Shown in pieces: positions 37,156-47,015 of a DNA stretch of 64,000 nucleotides; within the stretch, counting starts at the first letter, position 1, and every line of letters begins with the position of its first letter. A program made the translations under genes and the position numbers. Source of the DNA: Hydrurus foetidus (taxonomy: Eukaryota); assembly GCA_900617105.1 (NCBI GenBank), contig UYFQ01000032.1, positions 496,001 through 560,000 of the forward strand. The letters run 5' to 3'. A model generated the notes under the pieces. It was not told the origin of the DNA and did no database searches. It saw only the letters and a list, made by a program, of their open reading frames with translations.

Positions 37156-38913
37156 TTAACGAACAAGCTGAGCCCGCGCCTCTTCTTGCAGGCGCAACAC
37201 CCGCCGCTGCACCTTGCCGGTGGTTGTCATCGGCAAAGCATCCGTGAACTCAATCTCCTTGGGGTACTCGTAAGGCGCAAGCTGGCCTTTGACGTGGGCT
37301 TGCAATTGGGCGATCACATCAGCATCAAATTGGGCTTGACCGCTTTCTGATAAAGCACGAGCAGCTACAAAATCAGGAGCAAGCACCACATAGGCTTTTA
37401 CCACGGCACCGCGCTCAGGGTGCGGCTTGGGGACGACGGCGGCGTTGGCGACTGCGGGGTGTTTGACGAGGCAGTTTTCGATCTCACTCGGGCCGATGCG
37501 GTAGCCCGCTGCTTTGAACACATCGTCCGCCCGGCCCTGGTACCAAAGGTAGCCGTCGGCATCGCGGGTGGCAAGGTCGCCGGTGCGGCACCAGTTGCCA
37601 GTGTATTTTTTGGCGGTGGCGCTGTCGTTTTTCCAGTAGCCCAAGAAGAAGATGGGGTCAGGGTTGCCATCCGCATCGAAGCGGTGCAGCGCCACGTCGC
37701 CCGGCACGCCCACGGGGCATTCAACGCCGTCGTCATCAATCACGGCGACGCGGTGCCCGGGGTAGCCTTGGCCCATGCTGCCGGGCTTGGCAGGCCACAG
37801 GCGCGAGCAGTTGCCCACGATGTAGTTGATCTCGGTCTGGCCGAACATCTCGTTCACTGTCACGCCCAATTGCTGCTGGCAATAGTCGAAAACGGCATCG
37901 CCCACCGCCTCACCGGCGCTCATCAGCGCTTGCAATTGCAGGCCGGGGTAGGCTTGGCGCGGCTGGGGGCAGGCCTTCATCATGGCTTTGAGGGCGGTGG
38001 GGAACAAGAAGCTGTGCGTCACGCCGTGCTGCTGCATCAACCCGAACGCCGTCTCGGGGCTGAAGCGGCCATTGAAGGCGACGATGGGGCGACCAAAGTA
38101 AAGCGTGGGCAGCAGCGCGTCCATCAACCCACCTGTCCAAGCCCAGTCGGCGGGACTCCAGAAGACGGCACGGCTTGAGGCCGTGGCATCCCACGGGTCA
38201 AAGCCAAACCAGTTTTGGCTGCACACAAAGCCGCTCAGGTTGCCAATCAAGGCCCGGTGCGGGATCAACGCGCCTTTGGGTGGGCCGGTGGTGCCGCTGG
38301 TGTAGATCAGAACAGCGCCCTCTTCTGCTTTGGTTTTGACAGCTGTGAACGCTTTACTGGCATTCCGTAAGGCGAAATTCCATTCATCAAACCCAGCACC
38401 ATCGACCTCCACAGCCAGCACATGGCGCAAGGCAGGGCAGGCGGCACGCACGGCAGCGATGTTGGCGTGCGTGCTGCTGTCCACGATGGCAACCACGGCA
38501 TCGCTGTCTTGCAAGCGGTATTCCAGCGCTTCAGGGCCGAATAACTGGGACAGCGGCACGGCGATGGCCCCCAACTGCAACACCGCCATGTAGGCCACGG
38601 CGGTCTCGAAGCGCTGGGGCAGCACGATGGCCACACGGTCACCGCGCTGCACGCCCAAACCACGCAGGACGTTGGACGCACGGCAGGCAGCCTCACCCAG
38701 CTCCGCATAGGTATGAAAAACGGGCTCACCGGTTATCTGATGAGCGATGACAGCTATCCTTTCAGAAGCATCAGTTGACTTAGCCCAGCGGGTACTGCAC
38801 ACCTCGGCCATGTTGAAATACTCGGGCACCTGCCAGCGGAACTGGCTGTGCAATTCGCGGTAGCGGTCATGGGTACGTTCAGATGTTTTGTCGCTGCGTT
38901 GACTGCGTGCCAT
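37156..38913 (-). CDS. AMP-dependent acyl-CoA synthetase
   Basis: YTSGTTGPPKG, FGQTE, TGD, GRADD, YEYPK, TTTGK. Confidence 0.93.
   Translation of the reverse strand: MARSQRSDKTSERTHDRYRELHSQFRWQVPEYFNMAEVCSTRWAKSTDASERIAVIAHQITGEPVFHTYAELGEAACRASNVLRGLGVQRGDRVAIVLPQRFETAVAYMAVLQLGAIAVPLSQLFGPEALEYRLQDSDAVVAIVDSSTHANIAAVRAACPALRHVLAVEVDGAGFDEWNFALRNASKAFTAVKTKAEEGAVLIYTSGTTGPPKGALIPHRALIGNLSGFVCSQNWFGFDPWDATASSRAVFWSPADWAWTGGLMDALLPTLYFGRPIVAFNGRFSPETAFGLMQQHGVTHSFLFPTALKAMMKACPQPRQAYPGLQLQALMSAGEAVGDAVFDYCQQQLGVTVNEMFGQTEINYIVGNCSRLWPAKPGSMGQGYPGHRVAVIDDDGVECPVGVPGDVALHRFDADGNPDPIFFLGYWKNDSATAKKYTGNWCRTGDLATRDADGYLWYQGRADDVFKAAGYRIGPSEIENCLVKHPAVANAAVVPKPHPERGAVVKAYVVLAPDFVAARALSESGQAQFDADVIAQLQAHVKGQLAPYEYPKEIEFTDALPMTTTGKVQRRVLRLQEEARAQLVR
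37326..37380 (-). repeat. ~55-bp dispersed motif copy (inside acyl-CoA synthetase, C-terminal part)
   Basis: core GCTCCTGATTTTGTAGC, GC at +8/9 and +21/22, AATTT at +33. Confidence 0.75.
38715..38769 (-). repeat. ~55-bp dispersed motif copy (inside acyl-CoA synthetase, N-terminal part)
   Basis: core GCTTCTGAAAGGATAGC, GC at +8/9, T5 at +33. Confidence 0.7.
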
Positions 38914-38938
38914 GTCTCAAATCCTTATGATGACTCAA

Positions 38939-39871
38939 ATGTACCCACTCGAACTCTACCAAGTACGCCGCGCATCGCGCAGCGAGTTTGTCCCCATCCG
39001 CAACTTGAACTACCACGTCCGCCTCTGGGGCGAGCCCTCGCCTGAGCGCACACCGCTGGTGCTGGTGCATGGTTGGATGGACGTGGGCGCGTCTTACCAG
39101 TTTATGGTGGACGCGCTGGCCCAAGACCACTTTGTGATCGCCCCCGACTGGCGCGGCTACGGCCTGACCGACGCGGGTGGCGTAGACAACTTCTGGTTCC
39201 CAGACTATCTGGCCGATCTGGACGGCTTACTTGACCACTACGCCCCTGGGCAAGCGGTCAATCTGGTAGGCCACAGCATGGGCGGTAACGTGGTGATGTG
39301 GTACGCCGGTATCCGGCCAGAGCGCATCCGCCGCCTCGTCAATTTAGAAGGTTTTGGGATGCCCGCCACCCAGGCCACCCAAGCGCCCAGCCGCTACGCC
39401 CGCTGGATGGACGAATTGAAAAGCCTGCACCGTGGCGAATTGGCCCTGCGCCCCTACCCCACCCTGGACGGCGTAGCCCGCCGCCTGACCAAAACCAACC
39501 CCCGTCTGGCCCGCGATGCAGCTGGTGAAGCCAAAGCCTTGTGGCTAGCCCAACATTGGGCACGCCAAAACGCTGAAGGAACATGGGACATCTTGGGCGA
39601 AGCAGCCCACAAAATCGTCAACGCCAACCTCTACAAGGTGGACGAAGTGCTGGCCATCTACCAACGCATCACCGCCCCCACCCTCGCCGTGGAAGCCAGC
39701 GATAACCAAATAGCACAGTGGTGGAAAGGCAGCTACACCCTGGCTGAATACCACGAGCGCCTGAAATCCGTGCCCAACGTGACGACAGCGCTGATCGAAG
39801 ACGCGGGGCACATGCTGCACCACGACCAGCCGGAGAAGCTGGCGAAATTGATTGAGGATTTCATCGCTTGA
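38939..39871 (+). CDS. alpha/beta hydrolase
   Basis: HGWMD, PDWRGYG, GHSMGG, AGHMLHHDQP; start uncertain (38912-38939). Confidence 0.9.
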   Translation: MYPLELYQVRRASRSEFVPIRNLNYHVRLWGEPSPERTPLVLVHGWMDVGASYQFMVDALAQDHFVIAPDWRGYGLTDAGGVDNFWFPDYLADLDGLLDHYAPGQAVNLVGHSMGGNVVMWYAGIRPERIRRLVNLEGFGMPATQATQAPSRYARWMDELKSLHRGELALRPYPTLDGVARRLTKTNPRLARDAAGEAKALWLAQHWARQNAEGTWDILGEAAHKIVNANLYKVDEVLAIYQRITAPTLAVEASDNQIAQWWKGSYTLAEYHERLKSVPNVTTALIEDAGHMLHHDQPEKLAKLIEDFIA

Positions 39872-39942
39872 GGCGTGCATTTTCTCGATTTTTGGAACAC
39901 CAAACCCCTAGAATTTAAGGATTACAACGCTGGGGGGCAGGT

Positions 39943-41040
39943 ATGAAACGAGTCAAACGGGTCATCTGTGGTTTGGGCATGGTGCTTGCACTGTGCAGTT
40001 CTGCGGCATTCGCTGACGAACTTGAAGACAATTTGACAACAGTGTGGGAAAGCCTGTGGCATCAAACAGGAACGCCCATGCGCCTTGTACGCTGGGGCAA
40101 ACCCATCCAGGTCCGCTTATCAGGGCTTGATCTTGAAGTACACCGCGAGCACACATCGAAAGCTTTGCGCGAAGCAGCGACACTGACTGGGCTGCAAATA
40201 ACCGACATCAGCGAGCAAGACAGCAGCGTTGCAGAGGCGAACTTCACCATTGAGTTTGTTGATTTCAGGGCTTTGAACGAAAACGAAGGGTGCATCACCT
40301 CCGTAACCTGGAAGACCGATGGCTTGATCGACAAGGTAGCGATGAAAGCCAAAAGCGGTGAAGCTTGGCGCTGCATGTACCATGAAATCATGCACGCGAT
40401 GGGTGTGATGGGGCACCCCATCGGTAAAACCGTGCTGAGCTACTTCCCCTGGCGGCGCGATGTCTTTATGCCAATGGACGCACTGATGCTGCGCAGTTGG
40501 TACTCGCCTGAAATGAAGCCCCGCATGACGCCCCTGCAAGGGCTGGTGCTTTTGTCGGATGCGGTGGTTCAACAAACAACCCCCGCTGATCTCGCGGCAC
40601 GCACCATCCAGCAAAAATTTTTACAAACGACATTCGCGCAGATGGAAGCCTATGCAGAGGGACGAGGAGAAGTACCTCCTGTGGTCAAGCGGTCTGGCAG
40701 ATCCAGCACCCAAGCCATGCAGGCAGGCCAACTGGCCATGAGTTACTTTGTGGGCTTGGCCTATGCAGACGGCACCATCGTCCCAGTCAACTCAAGCAAA
40801 GCCGCCGTCTGGTTTGAACGCGCTGCGCGGCAAAGCCACAGTCCCTCACAAATTTTGCTGGCACGGTTGTTGGAAAAAGGGGATGGCGTAGACCGCGATC
40901 TGGTGAAAGCCTACAAATGGTTCAGTTTGGCAGCCATTCAAAAAAACAGCTTGGGCAAGCCGGGGGTGGAACGCATCGCCACTTTACTCAGTCCAGAGCA
41001 GCTTGAAGAAGCCCAAAGTCGCGTCATCGCCTTCAAATGA
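39943..41040 (+). CDS. exported zincin-like (HExxH) protein with Sel1-like repeats
   Basis: signal peptide, HEIMHAMGVMGH, C-terminal repeats (KAAVWFERAARQ, GDGVDRDLVKAYKWF). Confidence 0.7.
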   Translation: MKRVKRVICGLGMVLALCSSAAFADELEDNLTTVWESLWHQTGTPMRLVRWGKPIQVRLSGLDLEVHREHTSKALREAATLTGLQITDISEQDSSVAEANFTIEFVDFRALNENEGCITSVTWKTDGLIDKVAMKAKSGEAWRCMYHEIMHAMGVMGHPIGKTVLSYFPWRRDVFMPMDALMLRSWYSPEMKPRMTPLQGLVLLSDAVVQQTTPADLAARTIQQKFLQTTFAQMEAYAEGRGEVPPVVKRSGRSSTQAMQAGQLAMSYFVGLAYADGTIVPVNSSKAAVWFERAARQSHSPSQILLARLLEKGDGVDRDLVKAYKWFSLAAIQKNSLGKPGVERIATLLSPEQLEEAQSRVIAFK

Positions 41041-41091
41041 CCACGCTCAATGTCCGCTCTGCTGGCATGCGAAAGAAGAAAGCGACTGCTT

Positions 41092-41877
41092 TTACAGCAG
41101 CTTCGCCAAACTAGCGTCCAAATGCTCCGTGGGCAGCCGTTTGAACCCTGAGCGGGCAAAGCGCTGCAAACGCCCAACGACAAAGGCTGTCAGCAGAGAA
41201 GCCAACACCTGCACATCCACGGCAGGCTTGGACGTGGATGACACGTTGGCGACCCCCAGGGCGGCATCGCCACGCAGGTTTTGCTTCAACGTGGCTTCAA
41301 TCTTGTCAAAAAACTGGTTCATGCGCTGTTGCAAGCGTTCGTTCTCGAACACCAGCGCATCGCCCACCATCACGCGGGTCATGCCGGGGTTTTTCTCGCC
41401 GAATTGCAGCAGCATGGTCACGACGCGGCTGGTTTGCTGAGCGGGCGTGCCTTCGCGGGTGGCGATTTGGTTCACCAAAGAGAACACGCTTTGCTCGATG
41501 AACTCGATCAAGCCTTCAAACATCTGCGCTTTGCTGGCGAAGTGGCGGTACAACGCGGCTTCGCTGACCTCCAGCCGGGCGGCCAAAGCGGCGGTGGTGA
41601 TGCGCTCAGCACCGGGCTGCTCCAGCATGGTGGCCAGGGTTTGCAAGATTTGCGCTCGCCGCTCGCCAGGCTTGGGGCGCTTGCGGGTGGCCACAGGCTC
41701 CACTGCAATCTCAGTGAACAGGTCTTGCGATGTGGTGCTCTCATCGACCCCAGTAGCTTCGATGGTGACGGTTAAAACGTCAGCGTCTAAAGCTTCAGCA
41801 GGCTGCGCTGGGTGCAGTTCAAGCTGATCAAAGTCAAAAACAGGAGAAGAAGACTCAGAAAGTTCAGCGTGGGGCAT
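41092..41877 (-). CDS. slmA: nucleoid occlusion factor SlmA (TetR family)
   Basis: RKRPKPGERRAQILQ, ITTAALAARLEVSEAALYRHFASK; downstream of argB; start uncertain. Confidence 0.88.
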   Translation of the reverse strand: MPHAELSESSSPVFDFDQLELHPAQPAEALDADVLTVTIEATGVDESTTSQDLFTEIAVEPVATRKRPKPGERRAQILQTLATMLEQPGAERITTAALAARLEVSEAALYRHFASKAQMFEGLIEFIEQSVFSLVNQIATREGTPAQQTSRVVTMLLQFGEKNPGMTRVMVGDALVFENERLQQRMNQFFDKIEATLKQNLRGDAALGVANVSSTSKPAVDVQVLASLLTAFVVGRLQRFARSGFKRLPTEHLDASLAKLL

Positions 41878-41960
41878 GGTGGGCAAAGAAGCTGGCGAAG
41901 AAGACGACAAAGAGTTTGGCAAAGGTTTCGGCACAGTGAATTTCAAAAAGATGGCCCTGC

Positions 41961-42893
41961 TCAGTGCGAGCGGATCATGGTGCCGTAGGCTTGCTCGGTC
42001 AAAATTTCCAGCAACATGGCGTGCGGCACCCGGCCATCAATGATGTGAACGGCATTGACTCCGCTCTTGGCTGCGTCCAGCGCACCAGCAATTTTGGGCA
42101 ACATGCCGCCGCTGATGGTGCCGTCTGCAAACAGGCCGTCGATCTCGCGGGCGGTCAGGTCGGTCAGCAGCTTGCCCGACTTGTCCAGCACGCCAGGGAT
42201 GTTGGTCAGCAGCACCAGCTTCTCGGCTTTCAGCACGATGGCGAGTTTGCTGGCCACCACGTCGGCGTTGATGTTGTAGCTCTCGTTGTTGTCACCAAAA
42301 CCTATAGGGCTGATGACGGGGATGAAGGCATCGTCTTGCAATGCTTTCACCACGCTGGGGTCAATAGACACGATATCGCCCACTTGGCCCACATCATGCT
42401 CTTTGGTGGGGTCGTTGTTGTCCAGCATTTTGAGCTTTTGCGCCCGGATCATGCCGCCATCACGCCCAGTCAAGCCCACGGCCTTGCCACCGGCTTGGTT
42501 GATGAGGCCCACAATGTCTTGCTGCACTTCACCGGCCAGCACCCATTCGACGACTTCCATCGTCTCGGCATCGGTCACGCGCATGCCTTGGATGAATTCG
42601 CCCTTTTTGCCCAAACGGTTCAGCGCCGTTTCAATCTGCGGGCCACCGCCGTGGACGACCACGGGGTTCATACCCACCAATTTGAGCAGCACCACATCTT
42701 CAGCAAAGTCCGCTTGGAGGGCGGGATCGGTCATGGCGTTACCGCCGTACTTGATGACCAGCGTTTTGCCGTGAAACTTGCGGATGTAAGGCAGAGCCTG
42801 GGCCAGGATCTCAGCCTTTTCGCGGGGCAAAATGTGGGCCAGCGAAGCGTCGGTGGTCAGAGGTGCGGCAGAAGAAGGTGTGGAGGTGGTCAT
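41961..42893 (-). CDS. argB: acetylglutamate kinase
   Basis: [40 protein letters not shown]. Confidence 0.97.
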   Translation of the reverse strand: MTTSTPSSAAPLTTDASLAHILPREKAEILAQALPYIRKFHGKTLVIKYGGNAMTDPALQADFAEDVVLLKLVGMNPVVVHGGGPQIETALNRLGKKGEFIQGMRVTDAETMEVVEWVLAGEVQQDIVGLINQAGGKAVGLTGRDGGMIRAQKLKMLDNNDPTKEHDVGQVGDIVSIDPSVVKALQDDAFIPVISPIGFGDNNESYNINADVVASKLAIVLKAEKLVLLTNIPGVLDKSGKLLTDLTAREIDGLFADGTISGGMLPKIAGALDAAKSGVNAVHIIDGRVPHAMLLEILTEQAYGTMIRSH

Positions 42894-42982
42894 GGGCAGA
42901 GTGACTCAAAAAAGAAAGATTGAGTCAGATTGTAGAGAGTGCCTAAGACCTTCCGGAGGCTGCGAAAACGAGGGAAGCCGTG

Positions 42983-44323
42983 CTAAGCCACCGCTACACT
43001 GCCCCGCAGCGTGTACGTCATCGCTTCGGTGATCTTCACGTCAATCAACTGACCGATCAAGCGTTCGCCGCCCACCGCTGGCCCGGTGAAGTTGACCACC
43101 CGGTTGCACTCGGTGCGGCCCATGAATTCGGTGGCATCGCGCTTGGCATGGCCTTCGACCAGCACCCGCTGCACCGTGCCCAAACGGCTTTCGCTGATGG
43201 TTTTGATGTTGGCGTTGATGGCGGCTTGCAGGCGGTGCAGGCGGGCGAGTTTCACTTCTTGGGGGGTGTCGTCGTGCAGCGCGGCGGCGGGGGTACCGGG
43301 GCGGGGGCTGAAGATAAAGCTGAAGGAATTGTCGAAATGCACATCATCAATCAGCTTCATCATTTTGTTGAAATCGTCGTCGGTTTCACCGGGGAAGCCC
43401 ACGATGAAATCAGAACTCATCGCCATGTCGGGGCGAATGGCGCGGAGTTTGCGCACGGTGCTTTTGAATTCCATCGCCGTGTAGCCACGCTTCATCGCCA
43501 TCAAAATGCGGTCAGAGCCGTGCTGCACGGGCAGGTGCAGGTGGTTCACGAGCTTGGGGATGCGGGCGTAGGCTTCGATCAAACGGGGGGTGAATTCGTT
43601 GGGGTGGCTGGTGGTGTAGCGGATGCGCTCAATGCCGGGGATGTCGGCCACGTAGTCAAGCAGCAGGGCGAAATCGGCAATGTCTGCGGTGTCGCCCATC
43701 TTGCCCCGGTAGGCGTTGACGTTTTGGCCCAGCAAGGTGATTTCTTTGACACCTTGATCCGCCAAACCGGCGACTTCGACCAGCACATCGTCAAACGGAC
43801 GGCTCACCTCTTCGCCTCGCGTGTAGGGCACCACACAGTAGCTGCAGTATTTAGAGCAGCCTTCCATGATGCTGACGAAGGCGGTGGCCCCTTCCACGCG
43901 GGCGGGGGGCAGGTGGTCGAACTTTTCGATTTCGGGGAAGCTGATGTCCACCTGGGGGCGGTCAAGGCGAGTGCGGGCGGCCAGTAAATCAGGCAGACGG
44001 TGCAAGGTTTGCGGGCCAAACACCACATCCACATAGGGCGCGCGTTGGATGATGGAAGCGCCTTCTTGGCTGGCGACGCAGCCGCCGACGGCAATTTTCA
44101 CGCCTTTTTTCTTCAGGTGGCGGATGCGGCCCAGGTCGCTGAACACCTTTTCTTGGGCTTTTTCGCGCACCGAGCAGGTGTTGAACAAAATCAAATCGGC
44201 TTCTTCGACGTTTTGCGTGGTCTCGTAGCCTGAAGCGGCGTGCAGCACGTCCACCATCTTGTCCGAGTCGTACTCGTTCATTTGGCAGCCGAAGGTTTTG
44301 ATAAAGACTTTAGGGGCGGTCAT
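42983..44323 (-). CDS. miaB: tRNA-2-methylthio-N6-dimethylallyladenosine synthase
   Basis: [26 protein letters not shown] radical-SAM motif, [14 protein letters not shown] domain. Confidence 0.97.
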   Translation of the reverse strand: MTAPKVFIKTFGCQMNEYDSDKMVDVLHAASGYETTQNVEEADLILFNTCSVREKAQEKVFSDLGRIRHLKKKGVKIAVGGCVASQEGASIIQRAPYVDVVFGPQTLHRLPDLLAARTRLDRPQVDISFPEIEKFDHLPPARVEGATAFVSIMEGCSKYCSYCVVPYTRGEEVSRPFDDVLVEVAGLADQGVKEITLLGQNVNAYRGKMGDTADIADFALLLDYVADIPGIERIRYTTSHPNEFTPRLIEAYARIPKLVNHLHLPVQHGSDRILMAMKRGYTAMEFKSTVRKLRAIRPDMAMSSDFIVGFPGETDDDFNKMMKLIDDVHFDNSFSFIFSPRPGTPAAALHDDTPQEVKLARLHRLQAAINANIKTISESRLGTVQRVLVEGHAKRDATEFMGRTECNRVVNFTGPAVGGERLIGQLIDVKITEAMTYTLRGSVAVA

Positions 44324-44345
44324 GGGGATCTTTGTGTCGAATGAG

Positions 44346-44400
44346 ACTGTAAATTCAATAGCAGCTACCGCTTATCTAAAAAGCGGTAAAGGCTTATTTG
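44346..44400 (+). repeat. ~55-bp dispersed motif copy (upstream of miaB)
   Basis: core ACTGTAAATTCAATAGC, CCGCTT..AAGCGG inner palindrome, TTATTT near +32. Confidence 0.75.
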
Positions 44401-44777
44401 GCTTGCAATTTGAGCGCGGCTTCTTCGGGTGTGAGCAGCCAGACTTCGTTCACCATGCCGGTGTTTTCGCGGGTGTAGTTCACCAGCAGTTTTTGCCCAA
44501 CGAGTGCGCCAGACATCACCAGCATGTTCTGCGGGCTGTGGATGCGCGCGCCGGGGGAGAGGCGGTCTGCTTTACCGTTAACCAACACCTCTGGCGGTGC
44601 AGTGACCACCAAGCTGCCGCGCTGGGTGTTACGGGGGAACTCACGCCCTACAGCAGAAGTTTGGGGGCTGGCGGCACCAGGCCATGCTGTGGCACCCAGG
44701 CAGACGATGGCTGCGCTGATGGCAACGGCGCGGACGTAAGAAAAAAGGGCACGAGGAAAGAGAAGGCAGCGGTTCAT
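44394..44777 (-). CDS. conserved exported hypothetical protein
   Basis: signal-like N-terminus, REFP, RLSPGARI, VNYT, VWLLT. Confidence 0.7.
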   Translation of the reverse strand: MNRCLLFPRALFSYVRAVAISAAIVCLGATAWPGAASPQTSAVGREFPRNTQRGSLVVTAPPEVLVNGKADRLSPGARIHSPQNMLVMSGALVGQKLLVNYTRENTGMVNEVWLLTPEEAALKLQAK

Positions 44778-44811
44778 GGTGTGTATCCAGAGGCTGAAGC
44801 AAGAGAGAGGT

Positions 44812-44841
44812 AAAAAAAAGCACCGACTAGCGGTGCTTTTT
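44812..44841. terminator. terminator downstream of tRNA-Met
   Basis: AAAAAGCACCG-loop-CGGTGCTTTTT. Confidence 0.75.
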
Positions 44842-44849
44842 AAATTTTT

Positions 44850-44926
44850 TGGTGGTGGTAGGTGGATTTGAACCACCGACTTCAGCATTATGAATGCTGC
44901 GCTCTAACCAACTGAGCTATACCACC
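44850..44926 (-). tRNA. tRNA-Met(CAT), elongator type
   Basis: acceptor GGTGGTA/TACCACC, anticodon arm CAGCA-TTCATAA-TGCTG, TTCAAAT T-loop, CCA; fully paired 1:72 so not an initiator. Confidence 0.92.
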
Positions 44927-44960
44927 GACAGCCATAGAGTATAGCAGGTTTGTAAAAGTC

Positions 44961-47015
44961 TCAAAGCGGCGAACGCAGGTGCAACTCCGGCCGGGGATCG
45001 GCTTGGTAGGGTTGTACCGGATTGGCTTGGGCAAGGCTGCGCTCCAGCGCCGTCAACGCCTCTTGCACTTGCTGCAAGGCGCTGGCTTGCGCGGGTGACA
45101 GCACTTGGTTGGCGTGCCTGCCTGTCAGTGGGGATGCGGTCATGCTTTCAATGATGTGCGCTGACAGTTGACCGGTGTAGGGTGCGAACTGCGCTGCTTC
45201 GGTAAATCCCCCCATACGTGTACGCAGTGCCCCGACAAAGCTGTTGAAGCGCACCCAGCGGTGCTCACGCCAGCCTGGGGACTCCACGGAGCCTCTCGCC
45301 TGCGGGTCTAGGAATTTTTTGACCAATTTCTCCCCAGCGGGCCGCCCGTACTGCCCGGCCATGCGCAGAATCACTTTCCCGGAAATTTTCAAATCCAAGC
45401 CGCCTAAAACCGATGCCTCGGTATCGCTTTCAGACGCTCTTTCGCGTTCAAGCCCGATATGCACCACGCGATCACGCACGCCGGGTTGGCGCACGGAGGT
45501 GCTGTCGTTCCAACTGCGCATGGTGCCCAAAATATCGCTGAAAAAGCCGAATAACTCGTTCAGTGGCGTGGGCTTGAGGGGCGTGGCTGCACCGGGTGAA
45601 TGGGGTGGTGGTTCGTCGAACTCCTGAAGGCCATCGTCGTGCGCCTCGGTCGTCCATACAGCGTCATTGCCTCGCCCCTTGTCCAGCATGATGCCAAAGG
45701 TGGGCCAGCGGGGCAGGACGGCATCGAACTGGTGGATGGGAAAGTTGGCACACAGGCCACCGTCTGAAAACCAGCATTTGTAAAACGGATCCGCCCCTGC
45801 CACAGGTTGCGGTTTCAACGCCCACAGCGGGACAGGTTTGAACAGCACCGGAAAGCTCAGGCTCATGCGCGTAGCAACGATGATGGGCAAGTCCCCTTGG
45901 GGGAGTTCGTAGTACTCATCACCTTTGGCTGTGCCGGCCGGCTGTGGGGTATACAGGTTAGCCTTTACCTTCAAATGCCGCATCACGTCATCGGGGAAGA
46001 AGGCGGACAACTCAGCCGCTTTGAAAAACAAGCGGTTGCTGGTGCCTGCGAGCGGCAAACCGTAGGGACGGCCTTGCGTGAGGTTGCTCGTCACCATACG
46101 CAGGTCAATCGAGCGGGGGCGATGGGTGTTGGGTAGCGCCGCTGGCGAAAGCGGTGCGGGGGGCGTAGGGCCACCGGGTGCATCCCACAGGTCTTTGAAG
46201 GTAAGTACATGGCTGGATGTGCGGCCCGCTGCACCTTGAATGCCCTCGTGCAACCAGTCAATCAGCCCCTGCGGCGCACCGGCTTTGGGGCTGGTTTGCA
46301 TACCGGTACACAGGCCCACGCCGCCCGGCAACAGTCCGATTTTCACATCGCGCCAGACACCCAGCGCGATGAACACCACCATGCCGGCGAAGGCACAACC
46401 CAAACCCAACGCCAAGAGCGCGACCAAAGGAGGGATCGCCAAAGGCACCACTGGAGGCAGTACCGCCACAGCCCAACCGAAACCCAAGGTGCAGATCACG
46501 CCGACAGCAACCCCCATCCACGCCCACAACGCATAGGCGCTGAGCAGCACGTCCAAAGCGGCTTGCAAACGGGCCCATTTGGAATGGCTGGTGGGTGCGC
46601 TGCACAGCGACACGAACAAGTCGAACAGGCGCTGTGCGTGGGGGGCGGGCTGAAACAGCGAAAACAGCTTGGTGTCTTTGTTGCCGCTGCGGGGTTGCTG
46701 GCCAGGTTCCTGGGGCGCATCTTCGGCCAGCTTGAGGGGGACTTTCAGCATCACCTCGTTGAAGCCCCGCACGCTGCCATAGCGGCGGCTGTACTCCGCC
46801 GCTGCGGTCAACGCCGCCGCCAACGCCCCGACCGAGGTGCCGCCGATATTTTTGAAACGGTACTGGTGGGCCAGCGCCATGATGGCCCAGGGGTAGACCA
46901 CGCCATCGACCACACCGCCTTTCATCACCACATCGCAATAGCGGTCGATGGGGGGTTGCGCGTCTGGGTTCAGGGGCGGTGGTGGCGGGAATTCGAGCTC
47001 AGGGTTGGGGTGCAT
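44961..47015 (-). CDS. patatin-like phospholipase with inserted transmembrane hairpin
   Basis: KGGVVDG oxyanion loop, GTSVG nucleophile, SDGG catalytic Asp, RMSLSFPVLF; two hydrophobic helices; overlaps DyP 3' end. Confidence 0.85.
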   Translation of the reverse strand: MHPNPELEFPPPPPLNPDAQPPIDRYCDVVMKGGVVDGVVYPWAIMALAHQYRFKNIGGTSVGALAAALTAAAEYSRRYGSVRGFNEVMLKVPLKLAEDAPQEPGQQPRSGNKDTKLFSLFQPAPHAQRLFDLFVSLCSAPTSHSKWARLQAALDVLLSAYALWAWMGVAVGVICTLGFGWAVAVLPPVVPLAIPPLVALLALGLGCAFAGMVVFIALGVWRDVKIGLLPGGVGLCTGMQTSPKAGAPQGLIDWLHEGIQGAAGRTSSHVLTFKDLWDAPGGPTPPAPLSPAALPNTHRPRSIDLRMVTSNLTQGRPYGLPLAGTSNRLFFKAAELSAFFPDDVMRHLKVKANLYTPQPAGTAKGDEYYELPQGDLPIIVATRMSLSFPVLFKPVPLWALKPQPVAGADPFYKCWFSDGGLCANFPIHQFDAVLPRWPTFGIMLDKGRGNDAVWTTEAHDDGLQEFDEPPPHSPGAATPLKPTPLNELFGFFSDILGTMRSWNDSTSVRQPGVRDRVVHIGLERERASESDTEASVLGGLDLKISGKVILRMAGQYGRPAGEKLVKKFLDPQARGSVESPGWREHRWVRFNSFVGALRTRMGGFTEAAQFAPYTGQLSAHIIESMTASPLTGRHANQVLSPAQASALQQVQEALTALERSLAQANPVQPYQADPRPELHLRSPL

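Noticed and set aside
38900..38940. Head-to-head overlap of acyl-CoA synthetase and hydrolase starts as a regulatory device
   Set aside because: Alternative downstream ATGs remove the overlap, so it is probably a start-calling artefact.
44850..44926. Initiator tRNA-fMet or tRNA-Ile2 identity
   Set aside because: The paired G1:C72 and absence of three G:C pairs in the anticodon stem exclude fMet. Overall resemblance favours elongator Met; Ile2 is less likely but cannot be formally excluded without a covariance-model search.
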